Shown here piece after piece: positions 1-12,969 of a stretch of DNA of 30,261 nt; position 1 is the first letter of the stretch; every line of letters begins with the position of its first letter. The DNA is from Actinomycetes bacterium. Lineage in GTDB: Bacteria; Actinomycetota; Actinomycetes; UBA12327. The notes beneath the pieces are model-generated. The model was not told the origin of the DNA and did not search any database. It worked only from the letters and a program-made list of their open reading frames with translations. The stretch covers positions 1-30,261 of the forward strand of contig JBAXSF010000001.1 in assembly GCA_037130835.1 (NCBI GenBank). Direction: 5' to 3'. Both the position numbers and the translations under genes were made by a program.

Positions 1-239
1 TCATCACTGAGGTCTAAGTCTGGGTTGATCAAGTGACCGAGTTCACCATCCACGTCATAGGTAAACACGCGTAGCATCACCCCAATTTGCGGTGCTGCCA
101 AACCTCCGCCGGGAGCCATGATCATCGTTTCCGTTAGGTCACGTACTAAGACGCGCAGTTCCTTGTCGAAATTGACCACAGGCTCGGCCGGGGTGCGCAA
201 GGCAGGATCGCCGAAAAGTCGGATCGGCTGAACCGTCAT
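1..239 (-). CDS. def: Peptide deformylase, N-terminal part (runs off the left edge of the window; not in the ORF track)
   Basis: Manual translation from ATG at 239 gives MTVQPIRLFGDPALRTPAEPVVNFDKELRVLVRDLTETMIMAPGGGLAAPQIG, containing PDF motif 1 (GxGxAAxQ). Shine-Dalgarno GAGGAG at 253-248. The priA-def order is the usual one. Confidence 0.93.
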   Translation of the reverse strand, partial: MTVQPIRLFGDPALRTPAEPVVNFDKELRVLVRDLTETMIMAPGGGLAAPQIGVMLRVFTYDVDGELGHLINPDLDLSD

Positions 240-268
240 GAGTCACTCTCCTCGTCCTGTGGGTGCCT

Positions 269-274
269 AATCTA
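269..274 (-). promoter_or_regulatory. Putative housekeeping-sigma -10 element (TAGATT) for def
   Basis: TANNNT hexamer in the 66-nt priA-def gap, upstream of the SD. No clear -35 seen. Confidence 0.4.
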
Positions 275-305
275 CGCCCTTGAGTGCTCCTGAGTAGTCA
301 GGCCA

Positions 306-2270
306 CTAGATCAAATTGAGCGGGTCAATGCGCACTACGACATGGTCGGCCACCTTGCGCGCCGACCGGACGGACTGCACTCGATGCAATTCCTTGGCTA
401 ATGCAGCCCCCTGTGCCAACGGCACCCGAATGATCAACCGCACGCGTTCGGGTTCATCCAGGGGAACCGGACCCAAGACATCGGCCACTTCGGGCAACTC
501 CAACTCCCCCATCAGTTGATCAATGCCACGTGGCGGGCCGTCGAGGGCAGCAACACGAGAAGTCGGTGGCAAGTGAGCCACCGTGCGCTGCTCATATTCC
601 GCGTGGGCAAACCCGAGCGGATCCCACCGCACCACAGCTTGGACCGATGCGTGCGCGGGGTCGGCCATGATGACGACATCACCTGTTGGCTTGACCAAGC
701 TGGCGGCGTTCATCCATCGTCGCAACGCTTCTTCATCCGATCGCAGGTCAACGCGATGCAAGAGTGAATCACCATCAAGTAATAACGCTGCGCTGTAACC
801 ACCCTGCGCAATGGGTTCAGCACCAGGCGTTGACACCACAAGGGCTGGCTTGGCGCTCACCCGCGACACCACGCCTTCGCGCCCGCTGGTAATGACCTGA
901 ATGCCAGGAAAAGCCCGCCCGAGCTCCTCGGCCGTACGCCCAGCACCGGTGCGCACCGCACGAAGCGCGGAACTACCACATGCGGCACACACGTGTTGGG
1001 CCCGAACCGTTCCACACCAACCACACATCGGTGCCCGACCGGCGCCCGTAAGTCGCAATGGGCCATGACAGTTATCGCAGTGCGCAACTTCACGACAGTT
1101 TTGGCAAGCAACTACCGGCAGATATCCCGCGCGAGGAACCTGCACCAGCACCGGACCCGTTTCTAGGGCAGCTCGTGCTGTACGTAAAGCAACGCTGGGC
1201 AACCGTGCACTGACCGCACCAGGGTCGCGTTCTAATTCGGCATCCGAGCCGACGGTGTGGACTCGAGGAGAAAGCGAACGAACAAATTCTCGATCGGCAC
1301 TGATTGATCGCGCCCATCCGCTACGAACTAGGCGCTCCCCCTCACAGGTCTGAACGCGTCCGATCACCAGGAATCCTGCGGACTCACTCATTGAGCGCAT
1401 CGCCAACACTTCGCGAACGTGTGGATAGGGGGCGTGCTGTTCGGCGTGCAAGTCATCACCGTCGTCAACGATGACGAACAACCCTGGTTCACACACCGGC
1501 GCAAACATGGCCGCCCGGGTTCCCACCACAACCCGGGATTGCCCGCGCAAGATGCTGAGCCAATGCCGATAGCGCTTCGATGGACCCACATCCGCGGTAA
1601 GCCTCGTGACGCGGTCAGCGGGCAACGCGGTTTCAAGAACCTGCACGAAGTGGTCAACATCGCGATGATCGGGCACCACCACCAGAACAGACTTACCATC
1701 GTCATTCTTGGCGCCATTACGCGTGCAAATAACGGCTTGTGCAACTAATTCGGCGATCGACAAGCTCGGTGGTGTAGCAATCACCGCACGAGATGGCGGG
1801 CCTTGTGAGAGTTCGCCAAGGAACTGCTCACCGTCAGTGAAGTTCTGCCACTGAGTAATGTCCGCAGGCCTCGCAGACTCGCTGGCCACGAAAGGCACCA
1901 CATCCTCGGCCTCGACTTTGGCGTGACGCGGTGGAATCGCCAATCGCAGCACATCGGCAACAGTGCCCGCATAGTGATCAGCAACGCGTCGCGCGACGTC
2001 AGCAATGGCAGGAGTCAAAACCGGCTCACTAGAGACCACGGTGTCGAGAGCTGCGAGTGTGCCCGTGTGCTCGGTGCTGTTGGTGCGTTGCACGATGAAG
2101 CCGTTGACTTTGCGTCCAGCAAAACGCACTCGAACTCGCGCGCCAGGAACCGCTGCGGCGTCTAGTGCTTCGGGGACGGCATAGTCAAAGGTGCGATCAA
2201 GGTGCGGCAGAGAGACATCAAGCAAGACCTGTGCCACCAAGGGGGCTGGTGTGGTTGCAGACTGCGTCAC
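306..2270 (-). CDS. priA: Primosomal protein N' (actinobacterial type, degenerate helicase motifs)
   Basis: N-terminal 3'-DNA-binding domain (LPHLDRTFDY), VVGTRAAMFAP, four CxxC pairs (CQNC, CDNC, CGWC, CAAC); located after metK. Confidence 0.95.
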   Translation of the reverse strand: MTQSATTPAPLVAQVLLDVSLPHLDRTFDYAVPEALDAAAVPGARVRVRFAGRKVNGFIVQRTNSTEHTGTLAALDTVVSSEPVLTPAIADVARRVADHYAGTVADVLRLAIPPRHAKVEAEDVVPFVASESARPADITQWQNFTDGEQFLGELSQGPPSRAVIATPPSLSIAELVAQAVICTRNGAKNDDGKSVLVVVPDHRDVDHFVQVLETALPADRVTRLTADVGPSKRYRHWLSILRGQSRVVVGTRAAMFAPVCEPGLFVIVDDGDDLHAEQHAPYPHVREVLAMRSMSESAGFLVIGRVQTCEGERLVRSGWARSISADREFVRSLSPRVHTVGSDAELERDPGAVSARLPSVALRTARAALETGPVLVQVPRAGYLPVVACQNCREVAHCDNCHGPLRLTGAGRAPMCGWCGTVRAQHVCAACGSSALRAVRTGAGRTAEELGRAFPGIQVITSGREGVVSRVSAKPALVVSTPGAEPIAQGGYSAALLLDGDSLLHRVDLRSDEEALRRWMNAASLVKPTGDVVIMADPAHASVQAVVRWDPLGFAHAEYEQRTVAHLPPTSRVAALDGPPRGIDQLMGELELPEVADVLGPVPLDEPERVRLIIRVPLAQGAALAKELHRVQSVRSARKVADHVVVRIDPLNLI

Positions 2271-2305
2271 GAGCCCATCATGCCCGCTCTACCTGACGCG
2301 CAGAC

Positions 2306-3499
2306 TTAGATACCAGCAGCCGACTTCAGGGCGGCTACGCGATCAATGTTTTCCCAGGTGAAGTCCGGCAATTCGCGACCAAAGTGACCGTAGGCCGCCG
2401 TGGCTGCGTAGATCGGACGCTTGAGCTTCAGGTCAGCAATGATGGCTGCTGGGCGAAGGTCGAACGCGTTGTGAATCGCATTCGCGATCTGTTCGTCATC
2501 AATCACTCCGGTGCCAAAGGTTTCCACGAACAACCCGACCGGGTGTGCCACACCAATGGCGTACGCGACCTGGACTTCACAACGCTTAGCAAGTTGAGCG
2601 GCCACAACGTTCTTGGCTACCCAACGCATCGCGTAGGCCGCGGAACGGTCCACCTTCGATGGGTCCTTGCCCGAGAATGCGCCACCACCGTGACGAGCCA
2701 TGCCGCCGTAGGTGTCAACGATGATCTTGCGTCCGGTCAATCCAGCGTCACCTTGTGGGCCACCGACAACAAAGCGTCCGGTGGGGTTGACGAACAACTT
2801 GTAACCCTCAGTGTCGATGTCGAGCTCAGCCAAAATCGGGTCGACCACGAGTTCGCGAATGTCCGGGGTCATGTGACCGGGAATATCAATGTCGTCCTTG
2901 TGCTGGCTTGACACCACCACGGTCTCAACGCGCACGGGACGGTCGCCGTCGTACTCAATGGTGACCTGGGTCTTGCCATCGGGACGAAGGTAGGACACAT
3001 CTCCGCTCTTGCGCACCAACGTCAAGCGCTCGGCCAGACGCTGAGCCAGCATGATGGGCAAAGGCATCAATTCAGGGGTTTCATCGCAGGCGTAACCAAA
3101 CATCAAACCTTGGTCACCCGCGCCTTGCTGGTCCAGTGGGTCCGATGAGCCTTCGCTGCGTTCTTCAACGGCGTCATTAACGCCCTGCGCGATGTCAGCG
3201 GATTGGCTACCAATAGAAACAGAAATTCCACAGGAGCGACCGTCGAAGCCCTTGTCCGAGGAGTCGTAGCCGATCTCCAACACACGCTCGCGAACGATGG
3301 CGGGGATGTCAACGTAGGCCTCAGTGGTGACTTCGCCAGCAACGTGCACCAGCCCAGTGGTCAACATGGTTTCCACTGCTACGCGTGACTGACTGTCCTT
3401 AGCCAACAACGCATCAAGGATCGAGTCGCTGATTTGGTCAGCCATCTTGTCCGGGTGACCTTCGGTCACTGACTCAGACGTAAACAGGCGACGACTCAT
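2306..3499 (-). CDS. metK: S-adenosylmethionine synthetase
   Basis: [19 protein letters not shown] and GGGAFSGKD signatures; SD GAGGAG at 3511-3506. Confidence 0.99.
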   Translation of the reverse strand: MSRRLFTSESVTEGHPDKMADQISDSILDALLAKDSQSRVAVETMLTTGLVHVAGEVTTEAYVDIPAIVRERVLEIGYDSSDKGFDGRSCGISVSIGSQSADIAQGVNDAVEERSEGSSDPLDQQGAGDQGLMFGYACDETPELMPLPIMLAQRLAERLTLVRKSGDVSYLRPDGKTQVTIEYDGDRPVRVETVVVSSQHKDDIDIPGHMTPDIRELVVDPILAELDIDTEGYKLFVNPTGRFVVGGPQGDAGLTGRKIIVDTYGGMARHGGGAFSGKDPSKVDRSAAYAMRWVAKNVVAAQLAKRCEVQVAYAIGVAHPVGLFVETFGTGVIDDEQIANAIHNAFDLRPAAIIADLKLKRPIYAATAAYGHFGRELPDFTWENIDRVAALKSAAGI

Positions 3500-3535
3500 G
3501 AAAATCTCCTCGTAAATACAGTGCTTTTTGACTAG

Positions 3536-3559
3536 GCCCTTTCGGGCGTGCTCATCTTA
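3536..3559 (-). promoter_or_regulatory. Putative metK -10 (TAAGAT, 3559-3554) followed by a GCCC-GAAA-GGGC hairpin (3547-3536)
   Basis: Read directly in the coaBC-metK gap. The hairpin begins 6 nt after the hexamer, at the expected transcription start. Confidence 0.5.
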
Positions 3560-3590
3560 GAGGGACGCGACTGAACGCTGGACCCTAGTG

Positions 3591-4793
3591 TCAAGATCGT
3601 CCTGCAACGGCGTCCCACAACGCTTCAGCGATGAGGGCTTTATCGGCTCGAGGAACGTGGATTTGCCCACCCTCAGCATCCAAGATGTAGACCTCATTCT
3701 TTGCCGATTCAAAGGCACCGGCGGGGCCGACATCGTTGACCACCAAAACGTCGCAGCCCTTGGCTGCCAGCTTCTGCCTTCCGAATTCCAAAACGGAAGT
3801 GTCGGCATCGCCTGTTTCAGCCGCAAAACCGATGATGACTTGTCCGCCCGTCCGGTGCTCGACCAACGCCGACAAGACATCCGTGGTCAGTTCCAGTGCA
3901 ATGGGATCAGGGGTTCGCGACTTCTTGATCTTGACGTCGGTGGTGACGACGGGACGAAAATCCGCAACAGCAGCAACCATCACGACAACATCAGCACCTA
4001 CCGAATACTGCATCACTTCATCGTGGAGTTCCTGTGCGGAGACCACATCAACGCGCTTGACGCCAGCTGGTGTGGGAAGCGAAACGTTGGCGGCAATCAA
4101 TGTCACCTCGGCTCCCCTGCGCGCAGCGGCGGCGGCTACCGCAAATCCTTGACGACCAGATGATCGATTGCCCAGAAAGCGCACCGGATCAACGTGTTCG
4201 CGCGTGCCACCGGCAGAAACAACGACACGTTTGCCGGCAAGGTCTGCTGGATTGCCTTGCAACGTGGCAAGTGCTGCAGCAAAGAGTGCTTGCGGTTCTG
4301 GCAATCGACCTTTGCCCGAATCTGCACCGGTCAGGCGGCCTTCATCAGGATCGAGGACAACTACCCCGCGGCTACGCAACGTGACAACGTTGGCTTGCGT
4401 GGCTGAGTTTTCCCACATCTCGGTGTGCATCGCCGGCGCCAAGACGATCGGGCAGGTAGCCGTGAGCAACACATTGGTGAGTAAATCGTTGGCTAGCCCG
4501 TGGGCGGCACGGGCCATCAGGTCTGCAGTGGCCGGGGCAACAAAGACCAAGTCTGCTTCGCGCCCGACCATCACATGCGGCACGTCATGAGCATCAGTCC
4601 ACACATCGGATGCGATGGGATGCCCAGACAGTGCTTCCCAGGTGGCCTTGCCGACAAACTCCAAGGCGGAATGGGTCGGAACTACGCGCACATCAAATCC
4701 ACCCTCAGTGAAAAGGCGTAAGAGCTGTGCGACTTTGTAGGCAGCGATGCCACCAGAAACCCCAAGGACGACACTGCGTTGAGTGGTGCTCAT
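3591..4793 (-). CDS. coaBC: Bifunctional phosphopantothenoylcysteine decarboxylase/synthetase
   Basis: GVSGGIAAYK, PAMHTEMW, SAGGTREHVDPVRFLGNRSSGRQG, AAVADF and GFAAET motifs. Confidence 0.98.
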   Translation of the reverse strand: MSTTQRSVVLGVSGGIAAYKVAQLLRLFTEGGFDVRVVPTHSALEFVGKATWEALSGHPIASDVWTDAHDVPHVMVGREADLVFVAPATADLMARAAHGLANDLLTNVLLTATCPIVLAPAMHTEMWENSATQANVVTLRSRGVVVLDPDEGRLTGADSGKGRLPEPQALFAAALATLQGNPADLAGKRVVVSAGGTREHVDPVRFLGNRSSGRQGFAVAAAAARRGAEVTLIAANVSLPTPAGVKRVDVVSAQELHDEVMQYSVGADVVVMVAAVADFRPVVTTDVKIKKSRTPDPIALELTTDVLSALVEHRTGGQVIIGFAAETGDADTSVLEFGRQKLAAKGCDVLVVNDVGPAGAFESAKNEVYILDAEGGQIHVPRADKALIAEALWDAVAGRS

Positions 4794-4812
4794 GGGGAAG
4801 TATTACCCGAGA

Positions 4813-5187
4813 TTAGGCCGGGTCGGCTTCAACAATTTCTGGATTAGAGGTGCCCAAGATCAAATCGTCATCAATGGCGATGGCCGCGGAGCTCGGAGCT
4901 GCAACTGGCTCAACATAACCAGGGCTTGCCGGCGTGTATTGCAGGTCCAGCAAATCTTCGTTGATCTCGCGCAGTGCGACCGAGAGCGCCTTTTCCTGAA
5001 CGTGGGTTTCAACCAGTGGGCCGACGTACTCGAGCAAGCCTTCAGCAAGTTGCGAGTAGTACGCATTGATTTGACGCGCGCGCTTGGCACCAAAGATGAC
5101 CAGGCTGTACTTGTTGTCCACCTTGTCCAACAACTCATCGATCGGCGGGTTGGTGATGCCTTCTGGAGTAGCGGCGGTACGCGACAC
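4813..5187 (-). CDS. rpoZ: RNA polymerase omega subunit with an acidic C-terminal extension
   Basis: [11 protein letters not shown]...[22 protein letters not shown]...EYVGPLV...ALREI is the actinobacterial omega core; gmk-rpoZ-coaBC synteny. Confidence 0.96.
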   Translation of the reverse strand: MSRTAATPEGITNPPIDELLDKVDNKYSLVIFGAKRARQINAYYSQLAEGLLEYVGPLVETHVQEKALSVALREINEDLLDLQYTPASPGYVEPVAAPSSAAIAIDDDLILGTSNPEIVEADPA

Positions 5188-5238
5188 AGGGAACCTCTCA
5201 ACAAACGGATAAGGATGCGCCGGAAGCCTTTATGGGCT

Positions 5239-5793
5239 CTAGCGGTGGGCTAACTCTATCAGTTGGGCTGCCGCTGCCTGCACATCGTCGTTGACGATGA
5301 CCAAATCGCACTCTGGCTCGGCTGCGAACTCGGTTTGGGCAATGGCGAGCCGGCGCTGGACCGATTCCTCGGTCTCGGTCCCTCGCCCTCGTAGCCGGCG
5401 CTCCAATTCGGCCACATCGGGTGGGGCGAGGAAGACCACAACCGCCTCGGGCAGATTTGCCTTGACTTGGCGAGCGCCCGCAATATCGATTTCCAGGATC
5501 ACCGACTGGCCAGCGCTCAGGCGCTCCTGGACAGGCTGTCGGGGAGTGCCATAGGGGTTGCCCGCATATTCGGCCCACTCGAGAAGTGCATCCGATTGCG
5601 CCATGGTCTCAAATTCCTCAAGCGAGACAAAGACGTAATCCGTGCCATTGACTTCACCGGATCGAGGTTCGCGACCAGTCACTGACACTGACAACCACAT
5701 GGTGGGGTCTTGTTCCAGCGCCTGGCGAATGACCGTGCCTTTGCCCACGCCGGACGGGCCAACAACCACAAGAAGCTTGCCAGTGTCGGACAT
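5239..5793 (-). CDS. gmk: Guanylate kinase
   Basis: P-loop GPSGVGKGT, LSVSVTGREPRSGEVNGTDY, EWAEYAGNPYGT, LEIDIAGA. Confidence 0.98.
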   Translation of the reverse strand: MSDTGKLLVVVGPSGVGKGTVIRQALEQDPTMWLSVSVTGREPRSGEVNGTDYVFVSLEEFETMAQSDALLEWAEYAGNPYGTPRQPVQERLSAGQSVILEIDIAGARQVKANLPEAVVVFLAPPDVAELERRLRGRGTETEESVQRRLAIAQTEFAAEPECDLVIVNDDVQAAAAQLIELAHR

Positions 5794-5795
5794 GG

Positions 5796-6512
5796 TTAGG
5801 CCTGCACACTCGCTGCAAGGTGAGCTGCCGCAACACCGGGATTGTCAGCCGCGGTGATGGGGCGACCAATCACTAACAAACTTGCTCCATCGGCCAAGGC
5901 TTGCTCTGGAGTGGCCACGCGCTGTTGATCCCCCACATCTGCACCCACGGGGCGAACACCTGGCGTGATCAACAAGACTTCCGGGCCCACTTCGCTGCGA
6001 ACCGCAGCGACTTCAGCCGGCGAACACACCAACGCACTGGCACCAGCGTTGACCGCCAGGCTCGCTAACCGGCGGACTGCATCAATGGGTGGGCCAACGA
6101 TGCCGAGTTCATCAAGGTTTTGGGCCGACAGCGAGGTCAAAATCGTCACGGCGGCTACCCGGGTTTGCGGAAGTGCTTCAACGGCGGCCGCAATCATTGC
6201 TGCACCACCGGCTGCATGCACCGTCAAAATATCGGGCTGCAGCTGAGCAACGGCTCGGGCAGCCCCGCCCGCAGTGTTGGGGATGTCGTGGAGTTTGACG
6301 TCTAAGAAGAGCAACCGACCAGGAGCAGCATCGCGCACTTGTTGAACCGCGTCGGGTCCGTAGCGCATATACAACTCAAGACCGACTTTGAAGGTGCTGA
6401 CCGAATCCTTCACTTGGCCCGCAAGTACCACCGCGCTGGCAAGGTCGGGCGCATCCAAGGCCACAGCAATGGGTGCAGGGGTAGCGAAGTCACTCAAGGG
6501 GCGAATGCTCAC
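5796..6512 (-). CDS. pyrF: Orotidine-5'-phosphate decarboxylase
   Basis: Catalytic DxKxxD motif (FLDVKLHDIPNT), KVGLEL, TPGVRP, LVIGRPIT. Confidence 0.97.
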   Translation of the reverse strand: MSIRPLSDFATPAPIAVALDAPDLASAVVLAGQVKDSVSTFKVGLELYMRYGPDAVQQVRDAAPGRLLFLDVKLHDIPNTAGGAARAVAQLQPDILTVHAAGGAAMIAAAVEALPQTRVAAVTILTSLSAQNLDELGIVGPPIDAVRRLASLAVNAGASALVCSPAEVAAVRSEVGPEVLLITPGVRPVGADVGDQQRVATPEQALADGASLLVIGRPITAADNPGVAAAHLAASVQA

Positions 6513-7567
6513 AGGTCCGTGCTCGATTCGGTATCTTCCAATGCTTCATCAAATTCAACAAAAGCCGGTCCCTGGTGCTCGATTTCAACATCGGGTTCAC
6601 GGTGGGCGTATCCGATCGCATCGTTGAGCGATGCAAATCCTCGTTCGGCCACAGCACGAGCCAATTCGTCACGAATGCGCGCCGGTGAGCTGGGGTCGTG
6701 GAAGATCACCGTGCCAATGGACACGGCACTTGCACCCGCCAAGATGAATTCCAGTGCATCAAGGCCAGTTCGGATGCCGCCCATTCCCAAAATGGGAACT
6801 TCTGGCATGGCCTGGTGGACCTGCCAGACGCATCGCACGGCCATTGGGCGAATCGCGGGTCCCGAAAGTCCACCAGTGATCCCAGCCAACGCCGGTCGCA
6901 TGGTGTCGGTATCGATGACCATGCCCAACGTGGTGTTAATCATGGACAGTCCATCAGCACCGGCTTCGACCACAGCGTGAGCTACCGAAACGATGTCGGT
7001 GACATCAGGCGAGAGCTTGACGAAAACTGGGACGCCAGGGGTGGTCGAGCGGCGAACTGCTGAGACCACTTCGGCTGCAGCTACTGGATCGCACGCAAAG
7101 ACTTCGCCCCGTGATTCAACGTTGGGGCACGAGATGTTGACTTCAATTCCACTCACGCCCGTGGCCATACGCAATTTACTTGCCACCTTGGCGAACTCCT
7201 CGACACTGCCACCGGCGATTGACACCACCGTGGTGGCACCTCGCTCATGCAGCCACGCGAGGTCGCGCTCAATGAAGGAGTCAACGCCTGGGCCTTGCAG
7301 TCCGATGGAGTTGAGCATCCCCGACGGGGTCTCTGCCATACGTGGAGTGGGGCGACCCGACCGAGGGTTTTGCATCACCGATTTGGTGACGATGCCACCA
7401 ATGGTGGTGATATCGAAGAACTGATCCAGCTCGCGCCCGGCAGCAGCACAGCCAGATGCCGTCAAGATCGGATTGACCAAGGGCAGCGCACCTAGATGAG
7501 TGGACATATCAATGTCCGGCAACGGCTGTTCGGTCTCAGGCTTGGTGGTCAAGCGCATGCGCGTCAT
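6509..7567 (-). CDS. pyrD: Dihydroorotate dehydrogenase class 1B, catalytic subunit
   Basis: NPILTASG, TKS, NSIGLQGPG, active-site-Cys motif EVNISCPNV, VKLSPD, MINT, GGLSGPAIRP; lies next to pyrK. Confidence 0.95.
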   Translation of the reverse strand: MTRMRLTTKPETEQPLPDIDMSTHLGALPLVNPILTASGCAAAGRELDQFFDITTIGGIVTKSVMQNPRSGRPTPRMAETPSGMLNSIGLQGPGVDSFIERDLAWLHERGATTVVSIAGGSVEEFAKVASKLRMATGVSGIEVNISCPNVESRGEVFACDPVAAAEVVSAVRRSTTPGVPVFVKLSPDVTDIVSVAHAVVEAGADGLSMINTTLGMVIDTDTMRPALAGITGGLSGPAIRPMAVRCVWQVHQAMPEVPILGMGGIRTGLDALEFILAGASAVSIGTVIFHDPSSPARIRDELARAVAERGFASLNDAIGYAHREPDVEIEHQGPAFVEFDEALEDTESSTDL

Positions 7568-8540
7568 GACTCGCTCCCATCGCCGTCAACTGAATCATCC
7601 GAAGTAGCGACAACCTCGTCATCCTCAAAGTCGGGAAGGTCCTCTTCAACCGCAATCGGGGCACTTGCGGCGAACAGTGAATCGTTGGCGGCTTGGGTCC
7701 AGGCAATCGAACCGATCGTGTCTTCCGGCACTGTTCCTACCTCGGACCACCGCACGCGATCGCCTCGAAAGACGGGACCTTCGACGCAACTGCGCACCAT
7801 GCGGGTTTGGCCATCGTCGCCGATGACGGGCATGACACACGTCATACATACGCCCACGCCGCAGGCCATGGATTCCTCCACCGCACACTGGCTATGAATC
7901 CCGTAGCGTTCCGCAGTCTTTGCCACAGCTTGAAGCATGCCCATCGGGCCACACGCATACAGGACCGCGGAGTCAGATCGTTCAATGATGCGCGGCAACA
8001 CATCGGTTACGCGACCGCGCTCGCCCAGACTGCCGTCTTCAGTGGTGATCGCAAGAGACTGCGAGATCCGCTTGCCCTCCAGTGCGCCAAAGAGCCGATC
8101 CTCGGTTGCCGCGCCCATGACAAAGTCAACTCGGCATCCACGCTCACGCAGCTTCTCGGCCAAAGTAAACAGCGGCGCAGCGCCGTAGCCGCCGCCGATC
8201 AACACACAAGGAACAGGTTCGGCGGGCAACATAAACGGGCGACCCAGCGGGCCAACGATGTCAATGGGATCGTGGCGCTGGCGATCAGCAAGCCAAGCCG
8301 TACCGGGTCCGGCTACTGAAAAAACAATGTCAACGGTTCCGCCGTACACGCCCCGTTGTTCGGTGCGATAAATCGAGAAGGCTCGACGCAACAACAAACT
8401 TGAACTTGCTCCACCCACGTTGAGGGCAACAAAGTGACCGGGACGGGCATGCTCAGCAATGCCGGGAGCAACCATGCTGAGGTTGAAATACGACCCAATG
8501 CGGCGAATATCGAGGACTTCGCCCTTAACCTGCACCGCCA

Positions 8541-8541
<1 letters not shown>
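7564..8541 (-). CDS. pyrK: Dihydroorotate dehydrogenase electron-transfer subunit (FAD, [2Fe-2S])
   Basis: LRRAFSI (FAD binding), GPLG, GGGYGAAP (NAD binding), ACGP, and cluster ligands EESMACGVGVCMTC...RSC. Confidence 0.93.
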
Positions 8542-11814
<3,273 letters not shown>

Positions 11815-11822
<8 letters not shown>

Positions 11823-12969
11823 GGGTTGCCTCCCCTACGTTAACCGAGCCGGTTTCCATGACCTCGCAAAACCGATCAAACAGATAACTGGAATCGTGCG
11901 GGCCGGCGGCGGCCTCGGGGTGGTATTGCACGGAGAACGCTGGTACGTCGTGACAGGTCAGCCCTTCCACGACGTCATCGTTGAGGCACACATGACTCAC
12001 GCTCACACGGCCAAAGTCGGTATCAACTGGTGACTGCGGAGTCGCGGTGATCGGGGCATCCACAGCGAAGCCGTGGTTTTGCGCGGTGATTTCCACGCGC
12101 CCTGTAATGCGGTCCATCACGGGTTGATTGATGCCGCGGTGACCGAACTTGAGCTTGTACGTGCCAAAACCCAACGCCCGACCAAGGATTTGATTGCCAA
12201 AACAGATGCCAAAAACAGGGGTGCGGGCTGCGAGTGCTTCGCGTGTGACGTCCACAGCGTGATGTGCGGTGGCTGGGTCACCTGGACCATTGCTCAAGAA
12301 GATGCCATCGGGGTTGATGGCCATCAAGTCCGCATAGGTACTTGAGGCTGGCATCACATGGACTTCGATTCCGCGTTGGGCCATTTGTTGTGGGGTCATG
12401 CCTTTGATTCCTAGGTCCAGGGCCGCCACCGTGAATCGCTTTTCGCCCTGGGCTGGGACAACGTACGTCTGAGCCGTGGTGACATCAGCCACCAGATTCG
12501 CACCCGCCATACCTGGGCTTGCCAAGACCTTGGCCAACAGGACTTCAGGATCGCTTTCTACCGTGGAAATCCCCACCCGCATGGCGCCCTTGTCGCGCAG
12601 GTGCCGAGTCAATGCCCGTGTGTCAATTCGACTGATTCCCACCACACCTGCTTCAACCAGGTCGTCTTCGAGGGTGCGTTGGCTGCGCCAGTTCGATGCA
12701 ATGCGCGATGGTTCGCGCACCACATAACCGGCAACCCAAATCTTGCGGCTTTCCTCGTCCGTGGTGTTCATGCCCGTATTACCGATGTGCGGCGCGGTCA
12801 TCACCACGACTTGGCGGTGGTACGAAGGATCGGTAAGGGTTTCTTGATACCCACTCATGCCGGTGGAAAAGACAGCTTCACCAAAGGTCTCGCCCACAGC
12901 TCCAAAGGAAACACCGGTAAACGTGCGACCATCTTCAAGCACCAGAAGTGCTGAAACACGCTTAGTCAC
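11815..12969 (-). CDS. carA: Carbamoyl-phosphate synthase small subunit
   Basis: [18 protein letters not shown], nucleophile GICFGNQ, QNHGFAV, QYHPE. Confidence 0.99.

Noticed and set aside
3500-3547. SAM-II/SAM-V-like riboswitch suggested by the AAAAAG run before metK
   Set aside because: I could not build the required pseudoknot helices; kept only as an unclassified leader.
4290-4350. CoaC substrate loop lacks the Cys found in E. coli (GRLTGADSGKGR)
   Set aside because: It matches the sequence I recall for mycobacterial CoaBC, so it is a lineage trait and not a lesion.
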